DNA of 64,000 nt from Bacteroidota bacterium (GTDB lineage: Bacteria; Bacteroidota; Bacteroidia; Bacteroidales; F082), in NCBI GenBank assembly GCA_023396415.1, contig JAEWWJ010000114.1, forward strand, positions 4,116 through 68,115, in the 5' to 3' direction. A model generated the notes under the pieces. It made no database searches and was not told the DNA's origin. It saw only the letters and a program-made list of their open reading frames with translations. Of the stretch, positions 10,404 through 18,679 are shown in pieces; position 1 is the stretch's first letter; each line of letters begins with the position of its first letter. The position numbers and the translations under genes were made by a program.

Positions 10404-10430
10404 GGCCTTCTGTAAAAAATACAGAAGGCC
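10404..10430 (-). terminator. Intrinsic terminator of the 10453..13578 gene
   Basis: GGCCTTCTGTA / aaaaa / TACAGAAGGCC forms an 11-bp stem. It is flanked by an A-run (a T-run on the minus strand) and lies 23 nt past the stop. Confidence 0.8.
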
Positions 10431-10452
10431 TTTTGGATGATGTCAAAGTGAT

Positions 10453-13400
10453 TTATTGAGGAATCACATAAATATTTGCGTTGTTGCGATAGCCTGTTTT
10501 ATCCAAGTACCAATCTCGAAAATCTAAACCTGACGATTGAGCCCAAGCGGCAAATTTTAAGTGAGCCGTAAGTATATCGGCATTTTCAATGGGATAGTTG
10601 AAATTTACAGGAGTTTCAATGCCCCAAGGCAAACCTTTGGGCGACATATAATAACTTCCTGTTGATGGGTTAGAGGCATCGTCAGCAGTGCCAAAAAGTT
10701 CTTCATTAACAAATTCCGTTGGCTTTTGACCTTTAAGATGCACTTCATGTCCACGCTCTTGGTTCACAAAGATAAACGGATTGTAAGGCGGTGTTCCTAT
10801 ATTTGCTTTAGGTGTGCTGAAGTGCGCTGTTACAGTGTTGACGGTAGTTTGCACATATTTCCCGTTAGGAATTGTATTGGCCATTCCGCCTTCCATGATG
10901 GGGTTAATGTTGTCAATTAAAATAATTACCGTTTCGTTGGTATGTCCGGCTTCAAAACCTTTGGCATCATACACAATGGCATTTCCCATAGCGATATAAC
11001 CTGTTACGCTTTCAATCGCTGAGGGTTGGGTGTCAAACACAATTCCAAAACCATTGTCGAGCGAAGCGCCGTCGGCCATAATCTGGTATTTTACAATCAC
11101 GTCAACCACCTGATTTTGAGCATTGGTAACGGTTTGATAATTCAGATTCACCACAAAGTCATTCAAGTCATAATCGCCATAAGCCGGCCAAAGGTCCTCG
11201 AAGGCGATGCTCACAAAATCAACCTGATTGGGGTAATAAGAGTCAAAGCTGCGTGTCGGGTCGTTGGGATAATCATCCAGGTTATCCGGCACTCCGTCGC
11301 CATCAGTATCTAACGAACCCCCTGTTATGATTGAAATTTCGAGTGTTTTGCTGTCGGTTCCGGCGGCGTTGGTTGCTGTAATTTCTACATTGTAAGTACC
11401 ATGAACGGTAGGAATTCCACTCAAGGTATTTCCGCTGATTGTGATGCCGGCAGGCAAATTGGTAGCATCAAAGGTCATAGGTTGAGAGCCATTGGCTGTG
11501 ATGGTATAACTGAATGGGAAGCTTGTTGTGGCATTTGCTGTCAGAACACTGGTGATGGTTGGCGGCTCCAGACCTTCTTCAATCGTTATCACAAGAGTTT
11601 GAACATCAATTCCGTAGCTGTTTGTAACTGTGAGTAAAACTTCCGTTACACCGGGGAAAAGTGGTGTGCCGTTAATGGTACGGTTGGTAGCGTCGAAAGT
11701 AAGTCCCTGTGGCAGATTGCTCACTTGGTAGGCAATGGTTGGCGATCCGGTAGCAGTGAAAGTATAGGTGGAAAACTGATTTCCGGCAGTTCCAGAGGCG
11801 GTGAGCTGGCTTGTGATTGCTGGAGGTGTTCCAACGGTAAGTACCAGTGTTTTATTGGCAGTGCCGCCTGCATTGGTTGCCGATAAGTTGATATTGTAAA
11901 CTCCGGCTGTGGTCGGACTTCCCGAAATCACTTGCGTTTGTGCATTGAAGGACAATCCCGCGGGTAAGTTGCTCGCCGCATAAGTGATTGGACCCGATCC
12001 GCTGGCGGTGAGGATATAGTTGAATGTAGTATTTACTGTAGCCTTAGCCGTAAGAATGCTTGTAATTACAGGTGGATCAACAGGTTGGGTTATAGTAATT
12101 TTTAGGGTTTCTACATCTACACCAAAATTATTGGTTGCGGTTAGCTCCACGTTAAAAGTACCGGCAACCGTTGGAGTTCCGCTGATTACACCGTTAGTGG
12201 CATTAAAAATCAATCCCGAAGGTAGGTTTCCAACAGTGAACGTAACAGGAGAAGTTCCTGTAGCAGTAATCGTATAAGGTGCAATGGCTTCGTTACGCAA
12301 ACCTCCAATTTGCAATGAACTGGTAATTTCAGGAGCTTCAAACACTCCACAATCAGGAACAGGAACTACGAATTTACAATAAGTCATATTGATGTAACTC
12401 GCGTTGTTATTGTAACCGTCATTATCATCCGAACAAAGGTCAAAGTTTGAAAGTGACGCTCCGCCGGTTACTTCGCCATCATCATCGGCTCTGATTTGAG
12501 CATAGCCCGATGCAGGCCCTTCGATGGTTCCATTGATTTTGAACTCATCTACCTTGATAAGGCTACCATGACCCAAAGCGGTCTTGTTGTTGCCATTGCC
12601 CGTAAAATGAGCTACATCATCAATATACATATAACCGTTATTGATCAGGCTGCCCGATTGTTTAAATTCGCCGTTGTCGGTAACAAAAAACTTGCAATTG
12701 TTCGTTAGGCTTCCGTTGGAATTGATATCAAAATCCTCGTTGGTTTTGAACGTACCATTGTTGACAAACTCCCCCATATTCACCAGTTTGAGCGTTGCAG
12801 TGATGGTTCCCCAATTCAAAATTGTCCCGTCCAATTGGCCGGCACCTTTTCCTGAAATATTAACCGTTCCATAATTTTCGATGTCGAACTCGACATGATC
12901 TTTCGGAAGACTTGTAACACCATCGGGCGAAACCAGCAATTTGCTTCCACTTGATATGCCGTTATACTTTTTGATAAAAGCACTCCCACATACTTTTAGA
13001 CTTGCACCATTGCCCATTTTCAGCTTTTTGATGGTAGCGTGGTTGCCCGAGGCAATGCAGCGAGTCTCACCATTTGGGATGTTCAAGTTATCGTTGAAAT
13101 TGTTGGGCAAAACATCATCGGGATTGCAGTCGCAGTAGGGATCAACAACTTGCACATTTTTGGCCGTCATAAAGCTATACTCAAGCCTGTCGCCTTTTAA
13201 TGTAACCGGGATGTAATCATTCATTCCCGATGCAGTTAAGCGCGCTACATACACCTCTTGTAAGTTGGAAGCTATGCGCAGCGGCAAGGTAAATTCGCCT
13301 TGACCGTTTGGCGCACCAGTACTAATCAAACGCCCCCCATTATTGGGATGCGCATCATAAATCCGAATGATTTCGGCGCCGGTGGACTTGTTGTTGGTAA

Positions 13401-13578
13401 GCTGTATGGCGGTTTGAACATTCTTGAAGCTTTCAAATTTAAAGGCCTTGTCAACATTTAATTCTACAAACTTAGAAGGAGCCTCAGGATTTGGCTTGTT
13501 GGTGTCTTTTTGGCAAGATTGCAGTGCAAGTGTAAAACTCATCAACAGCAATAGACCTAATGTTAGTTTTTTCATCAT
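10453..13578 (-). CDS. Large surface lipoprotein: N-terminal lipoprotein module, beta-rich region, five putative-Ig (He_PIG-like) repeats, a calcium-binding TSP3-like motif and a C-terminal LruC-type domain
   Basis: 1041 aa with lipobox LALQSC. There are five ~88 aa repeats of the type ITS.L.A..G..F.Y...A.GS.P..Y..SNLP.GL.F....ISG.P...G.Y. These are followed by DTDGDGVPDNLDDYPNDP. The C-terminal domain contains AFEDLWPAYGDYDLNDFVV...NPFIFVNQERGHEVHLKGQ...LPWGIETP...HLKFAAWAQSSG, as in LruC-domain proteins. Confidence 0.85.
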   Translation of the reverse strand: MMKKLTLGLLLLMSFTLALQSCQKDTNKPNPEAPSKFVELNVDKAFKFESFKNVQTAIQLTNNKSTGAEIIRIYDAHPNNGGRLISTGAPNGQGEFTLPLRIASNLQEVYVARLTASGMNDYIPVTLKGDRLEYSFMTAKNVQVVDPYCDCNPDDVLPNNFNDNLNIPNGETRCIASGNHATIKKLKMGNGASLKVCGSAFIKKYNGISSGSKLLVSPDGVTSLPKDHVEFDIENYGTVNISGKGAGQLDGTILNWGTITATLKLVNMGEFVNNGTFKTNEDFDINSNGSLTNNCKFFVTDNGEFKQSGSLINNGYMYIDDVAHFTGNGNNKTALGHGSLIKVDEFKINGTIEGPASGYAQIRADDDGEVTGGASLSNFDLCSDDNDGYNNNASYINMTYCKFVVPVPDCGVFEAPEITSSLQIGGLRNEAIAPYTITATGTSPVTFTVGNLPSGLIFNATNGVISGTPTVAGTFNVELTATNNFGVDVETLKITITQPVDPPVITSILTAKATVNTTFNYILTASGSGPITYAASNLPAGLSFNAQTQVISGSPTTAGVYNINLSATNAGGTANKTLVLTVGTPPAITSQLTASGTAGNQFSTYTFTATGSPTIAYQVSNLPQGLTFDATNRTINGTPLFPGVTEVLLTVTNSYGIDVQTLVITIEEGLEPPTITSVLTANATTSFPFSYTITANGSQPMTFDATNLPAGITISGNTLSGIPTVHGTYNVEITATNAAGTDSKTLEISIITGGSLDTDGDGVPDNLDDYPNDPTRSFDSYYPNQVDFVSIAFEDLWPAYGDYDLNDFVVNLNYQTVTNAQNQVVDVIVKYQIMADGASLDNGFGIVFDTQPSAIESVTGYIAMGNAIVYDAKGFEAGHTNETVIILIDNINPIMEGGMANTIPNGKYVQTTVNTVTAHFSTPKANIGTPPYNPFIFVNQERGHEVHLKGQKPTEFVNEELFGTADDASNPSTGSYYMSPKGLPWGIETPVNFNYPIENADILTAHLKFAAWAQSSGLDFRDWYLDKTGYRNNANIYVIPQ

Positions 13579-13659
13579 AATAATTTTTTATGGATGCTCA
13601 AGATTTGTTCCAAATTAGTTATACATCAAATTTTCAAAGCTTTATATATTTTCAATTCG

Positions 13660-13701
13660 GGATATTTTTCCTTTATCGGGAATTTAGTCCAATATTAGGA
13701 C
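13660..13701 (-). promoter_or_regulatory. Composite inverted-repeat element (double copy) upstream of the LruC lipoprotein gene
   Basis: The minus strand reads TCC-TAATATT-GGACT-AA-ATTCC-CGATAAA-GGAAA-AA-TATCC. The half-site architecture matches the elements at 28387, 31538, 32533 and 51437. The central GGACT is 112 nt upstream of start 13578. Confidence 0.5.
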
Positions 13702-14090
13702 AACGTCTTATCTTCTTTGACAGCGATTTCATCTTAATTTGTTTGATGCTTAATCTTATTTTTAATTCATAACACGGCAGATTCGATTCTTTCATTTTAT
13801 GTAGTGTTTGAGTTACAGGTAGGTTGGGTAGTCAGGGCCAAATCTATGAGGCCAAAGAGTTTGGATGTAAAAATACAAAAAAATTGCAAAAACCGCAAGC
13901 CTCTCTCGGCATTGATTCAAAAAATGTGGTTATCACCAGCACAAACCGTTTTTTTTGAAATGCACCCACCATCTAAAACAAGTTAAACTATAAAGCGTTA
14001 GTCGCAAAAAAAAACCATTCGGCGATTTCAATGCTGCAACAAGCACCAAAAAGAATTGAGATCACATTCGTGAGTTCTACTTTTTTAAAA

Positions 14091-14098
14091 TACCTTTG
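14091..14098 (+). promoter_or_regulatory. Bacteroidota -7 promoter box (TACCTTTG)
   Basis: Exact TAnnTTTG, 56 nt upstream of ATG 14154. Confidence 0.4.
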
Positions 14099-14153
14099 TA
14101 AGCAGCAGTCATTTTAATTAATGATCTCATTAACAGTGATATAATATATTTTT

Positions 14154-17100
14154 ATGTTTTTAATTTTTGACACCGAAACCACCGGACTACCCCGCGAAAG
14201 AAACGCTCCACTTACTGATTTTGATAACTGGCCCCGTGTGGTGCAGTTGGCCTGGCAGATACACGATGCGGAAGGCGGCTTGATAGAGGTTGCCAACCAC
14301 ATCATCAAGCCCGATGGTTTCACCATTCCATTTAATGCAGCAAAAATTCATGGCATCACTACCGATTTTGCCTTGCAAAACGGTGAGCCACTGATCGAAG
14401 TGCTGAAAAAATTCAATCAATCCCTGTCAAAGTCGGACTATATCGTAGGCCATAACCTCGATTTCGACAGAACAATTTTAGGAGTTGAATACCTGCGCTT
14501 ACAACTGGAAACGTCACTTCTCGAACGTCGTCAACTCGACACCTGCACAGAGCTGACGGCCACTTTTTGTCAGCTGGCGGGTGGAAAAGGCGGAAAATTT
14601 AAACTACCCACCCTCGAAGAGTTGCACAAAAAACTTTTTAACGAAGGTTTTGGCGATGCCCACAATGCCGCCGCTGATGTTGAAGCCACCTCACGTTGTT
14701 TCTTGGAGCTGCTGCGTTTGGGACAATTTCCGGATGACGGCCACCGCCTCGATCCGTTTTTTATTGAGCGTTTCAGGTTGGCCAATCCCGACCCTATCCA
14801 AGCTATAGGCCTTGCCATCCAATCCAACAGTGCAGCATCCTCAGAAAAAACTGAAATTGAAACAGTTACCGAAGCACCCAAAGAAACAACTGATCACGAT
14901 CATCCGTTTGCTCACCTGCGCACCCACAGCACTTTTACCATCCTTAACTCGACAATAGACGTTCCCGACCTGATTAAAAAGGCTGTAAAAGAAAAAATGC
15001 CGGCTGTTGGCCTTACCGATACCAATAATTTGATGGCGGCCTTCCAGTTTATCACCGCCGTGAATGATCACAACAAAAAAGAAAACACTGCCGTTGAAAA
15101 AGGAGAAAAAACAGCTCCGCAACACCTCAAAGCCGTTTTGGGCTGCGAGTTGTATGTTTGCCGTGATTATACCGACAAAACGGTCAAAGACAATGGTTTT
15201 TTGGTACCCTTTATTGCAAAAAATAAAATCGGCTATCAAAACCTCTCCATGCTCAGTTCCATCTCCTTTACCGAAGGCTTTTATTATGTGCCGCGCATTG
15301 ATAAAGAACTGATTTTAAAGCACAAAGATGGCCTAATTGTTACAACCGGCGGACTGACGGGCGAAATTCCATCGCTGCTGCTCAACATGGGTGAACAACA
15401 AGCCGAAGAAGCGATCCTTTGGTGGAAAACACAATTTGGTGATGATTTTTATATCGAGTTGAACCGTCATGGCCTGCCCGAAGAAGATTTTTTGAATCTG
15501 TTTCTGCTGCAAATGGCCGAAAAATACAACATCAAATATTTTGCCGCTAACAACGTGCATTACCTCGAAAAAAACGATGCCGAAGCACACGATCTTTTAA
15601 TTTGCATCAAAGACAACGCCAAAAAGCGCGACCCCATTGGGCGCGGCTACGGCCACCGTTTCGGTTTTCAAAACGACCAATACTATTTCAAAAGCGAAGA
15701 GGAGATGCTGAAGCTTTTTGCCGATCTGCCGCAAGCTATTGAAACCATTGGCGAAATCATTGAAAAGGTAGAGGCGTATGAACTGGCGCGACCGATACAA
15801 CTGCCTGAGTTTACAATCCCTGAGGATTTTATTGACCCTTTAGATGCCGCCGACCACGGCAAAAGAGGCGAAAACAACTACCTGCGACATCTTACCCTTG
15901 AAGGTGCTTTGAAACGCTACGGAACCATCACCGATGAAATTCAGGAACGTATTGATTTTGAACTCGCTACAATAGAGATGACCGGTTATCCCGGATATTT
16001 TCTCATCGTTCAAGATTTGATTGAAGCGTCAAGGAAAATGGGTGTTTGGGTTGGGCCCGGACGTGGTTCTGCCGCCGGTTCGTTGGTGGCCTATTGCATT
16101 AAAATCACCAATATTGATCCACTTAAATACGGACTACTGTTTGAGCGTTTCCTCAATCCCGAACGCATCTCGATGCCCGATATTGACATTGATTTTGATG
16201 ACGAAGGTCGCTCTAAGGTGATCGAATATGTGACCAAAAAGTATGGCCAAAACAAAGTAGCCCAAATCATTACCTATGGAACCCTTGGAACAAAATCGGC
16301 CATTCGTGATATTGGGCGTGCCTTGGAAACCGACATGGCCACCGTCAACAAATTGGCAGCTTCCACCAACAACATCAAGTTGGGTGATTTTTACAGCCTC
16401 GACAAAGCGAAGTTGACAAACAAATACCGTCCGGAACAAATGGAAGCCGGCGAAAGTCTCAAACAAAAAGCACTTGACAAAGGCACCGAGGCCGACATCC
16501 TAAAAAATACCGTTGCAATAGAAGGTTTGGTGCGCAATACGAGCATTCACGCCTGCGGAATTGTGATCACTCCTACCGATCTGCGCGAGCTGGTGCCGGT
16601 AACAGTAAGCAAAGAATCGAACCTTTGGGCAACTCAATTCGACAATGCTGTGGCTGAATCTGCCGGATTGCTGAAAATTGATTTCTTGGGACTAAAAACC
16701 CTCTCGCTTATCCGCGACACCATAGAAATCATCAAAAACAGAAGACAAATTTCCATTGACCCCGACACCATCCCCCTCGACGACGAAAAAACATTCAAGC
16801 TCTTTCAAGGCGGCGAAACAGTAGGTGTGTTTCAATATGAAAGCCCCGGAATGCAAAAGCACTTGCGTGATTTAAAACCCAGCAACTTCAACGATCTTAT
16901 TGCCATGAACGCCCTCTACCGACCGGGGCCGATGGCTTACATCCCTACCTATATCAAACGCAAGCTCGGGTTAGAACCCATCAGCTACGACCTTGACATC
17001 AGCCGTGAAATATTGGAAGAGACCTATGGCGTAACCGTTTATCAAGAACAGGTCATGCTGCTCTCGCAAAAGCTGGCCAATTTCACCAGAGGGCAAGCCG

Positions 17101-18491
17101 ACACACTACGCAAAGCCATGGGAAAGAAAAACTTGGATTTGCTACAAAAACTTCATGCTCAGTTTGTCGCCAACGGAGTAGAAAACGGGCACCCGGAGAA
17201 GGTATTAGAAAAAATTTGGAACGACTGGATCGCGTTTGCCAACTATGCTTTCAATAAGTCACACTCAACCTGCTACGCCTTTATTGCCTTCCAAACGGCT
17301 TACCTCAAAGCCAATTATCCCGCAGAGTTTATGGCCGCGGTACTGAGCAACAACATCGGCGACATCAAACAGGTTACCTTCTTCATGGAAGAGTGTAAAC
17401 GAATGAAAGTAAAAGTGTTGGGTCCCGATGTGAACGAATCGGCCTATAAATTTACCGTCAATGAAAAGAATGAAGTGCGTTTTGGATTGGGGGCTATAAA
17501 AAACATGGGCGAAGCAGCTGCCGGAAGCATCCTCGAGGAACGTGGAAACAATGGACCTTATAAAAGTGTTTTCGATTTTCTGGTTCGCAGCAACCTTCGC
17601 AGCATCAACAAACGCAACATTGAAGCCTTGGCAACCTCAGGCGCCTTCGATTCGTTTGAAGGAATACACCGTGCACAGTTTTTCTATAAAGAAGGCAACG
17701 ACAATCAGACTTTCCTCGAAAAACTCATCCGCTATGCCACCCAAACACAGGAAGCGAAAAACTCAGCCCAAATCAACCTCTTTGGCGAGGTGTCAGAAGT
17801 AGAGGTGTCCGAACCTAGCTTTCCGCAATGCGACCACTGGTCGAAGATGAGGGAGCTGCAAGAAGAGCTGGATTCTATTGGGTTTTATATCAGTGCGCAT
17901 CCCATGGACAGCTACAAAATCCCTATCCGCCACTTTGCCAACACCAGCATCCAGCAAATCAATGCGTCTATCCAAGAGATGAAGGGGCATCAGCTTAAAT
18001 TTGCTGCTCAAGTTACATCAGCAGAGCATCTTACAAGCCAACAAGGCAACAACTACGCCCGCTTTAAAGTAGAAGACCATAATGCCGGCATCGAGCTGAT
18101 GGTGTTCAGCGAGCTATACCTAAAAATCAAACACCTGATTGATCCCGGTTTGTTTGTGCTTATCCACGCCACTCCCACTCCTTCATATCGCGATAAAGAA
18201 AAATTAGAACTGAAAATCAATGACATACAGCTTCTTGATCGCGTGGTAGAAACATCAGGACGAACCATCTACCTCAAGCTCGACTTGAACAGTATGACCG
18301 ATGATGATTTGTTTACCTTTCAAGAAACCATTCTGGCACATCTCGATGGTAAAAATCCGTATGCGATTCAATTTTTGGATACGGCCAACAAAATGGTCTC
18401 TACCCTCACGCCCAAAAAAGGCCGCTTAAACGCCAACCATTTTCTACCCCTCCTTGATGCCTTTGATTTTGTTTCTTATGATTTGAAGTAA
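14154..18491 (+). CDS. dnaE: DNA polymerase III alpha subunit with an N-terminally fused DnaQ-type 3'-5' exonuclease domain
   Basis: 1445 aa. The first ~190 aa carry the DEDDh motifs FDTETTG, GHNLDFD and HNAAADVEAT. The PHP region follows (FAHLRTHSTFT, GLTDTNNLM), and then the DnaE core (GYPGYFLIV, MPDIDIDF, GLLKIDFLGLKTL, NKSHSTCYA). Confidence 0.9.
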   Translation: MFLIFDTETTGLPRERNAPLTDFDNWPRVVQLAWQIHDAEGGLIEVANHIIKPDGFTIPFNAAKIHGITTDFALQNGEPLIEVLKKFNQSLSKSDYIVGHNLDFDRTILGVEYLRLQLETSLLERRQLDTCTELTATFCQLAGGKGGKFKLPTLEELHKKLFNEGFGDAHNAAADVEATSRCFLELLRLGQFPDDGHRLDPFFIERFRLANPDPIQAIGLAIQSNSAASSEKTEIETVTEAPKETTDHDHPFAHLRTHSTFTILNSTIDVPDLIKKAVKEKMPAVGLTDTNNLMAAFQFITAVNDHNKKENTAVEKGEKTAPQHLKAVLGCELYVCRDYTDKTVKDNGFLVPFIAKNKIGYQNLSMLSSISFTEGFYYVPRIDKELILKHKDGLIVTTGGLTGEIPSLLLNMGEQQAEEAILWWKTQFGDDFYIELNRHGLPEEDFLNLFLLQMAEKYNIKYFAANNVHYLEKNDAEAHDLLICIKDNAKKRDPIGRGYGHRFGFQNDQYYFKSEEEMLKLFADLPQAIETIGEIIEKVEAYELARPIQLPEFTIPEDFIDPLDAADHGKRGENNYLRHLTLEGALKRYGTITDEIQERIDFELATIEMTGYPGYFLIVQDLIEASRKMGVWVGPGRGSAAGSLVAYCIKITNIDPLKYGLLFERFLNPERISMPDIDIDFDDEGRSKVIEYVTKKYGQNKVAQIITYGTLGTKSAIRDIGRALETDMATVNKLAASTNNIKLGDFYSLDKAKLTNKYRPEQMEAGESLKQKALDKGTEADILKNTVAIEGLVRNTSIHACGIVITPTDLRELVPVTVSKESNLWATQFDNAVAESAGLLKIDFLGLKTLSLIRDTIEIIKNRRQISIDPDTIPLDDEKTFKLFQGGETVGVFQYESPGMQKHLRDLKPSNFNDLIAMNALYRPGPMAYIPTYIKRKLGLEPISYDLDISREILEETYGVTVYQEQVMLLSQKLANFTRGQADTLRKAMGKKNLDLLQKLHAQFVANGVENGHPEKVLEKIWNDWIAFANYAFNKSHSTCYAFIAFQTAYLKANYPAEFMAAVLSNNIGDIKQVTFFMEECKRMKVKVLGPDVNESAYKFTVNEKNEVRFGLGAIKNMGEAAAGSILEERGNNGPYKSVFDFLVRSNLRSINKRNIEALATSGAFDSFEGIHRAQFFYKEGNDNQTFLEKLIRYATQTQEAKNSAQINLFGEVSEVEVSEPSFPQCDHWSKMRELQEELDSIGFYISAHPMDSYKIPIRHFANTSIQQINASIQEMKGHQLKFAAQVTSAEHLTSQQGNNYARFKVEDHNAGIELMVFSELYLKIKHLIDPGLFVLIHATPTPSYRDKEKLELKINDIQLLDRVVETSGRTIYLKLDLNSMTDDDLFTFQETILAHLDGKNPYAIQFLDTANKMVSTLTPKKGRLNANHFLPLLDAFDFVSYDLK

Positions 18492-18492
18492 G

Positions 18493-18540
18493 TGGGCTTT
18501 TGGTCTTTGGCTTTTGGGTGTTGGCTCGATTGTTGGGTGG
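18493..18540. repeat. Degenerate heptamer-periodic tract (TTGGNNN)n
   Basis: Reads TTGGTCT TTGGCTT TTGGGTG TTGGCTC GATTGTT GGGTGG immediately after the dnaE stop. Partial inverse copies (GCCAAAAG, GACCAAAA) lie at about 18591..18630. Confidence 0.5.
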
Positions 18541-18635
18541 AATTAATTTTTTGCTTTACATTGGTTTATTTTCACAAAGCAAGAAACAAAGCCAAAAGCT
18601 CTCGTCTCAAGACGAGACCGAAGACCAAAAAAAAA

Positions 18636-18655
18636 GGCCGGACAAACATCCGACC
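18636..18655. terminator. Putative bidirectional terminator hairpin
   Basis: GGCCGGA / caaaca / TCCGACC gives 6 of 7 pairs. An A-run lies upstream and a T-run downstream, between convergent dnaE and the OMP gene. Confidence 0.45.
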
Positions 18656-18679
18656 TTTTTTATTTAAAAATACTTTTTA

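Noticed and set aside
13590-13986. Two 60 aa plus-strand ORFs in the 575-nt spacer upstream of dnaE.
   Set aside because: They are at the minimum length, have AT-rich low-complexity translations, and have no promoter box or homolog-like motif. The region instead carries the regulatory half-site element for the divergent LruC gene.
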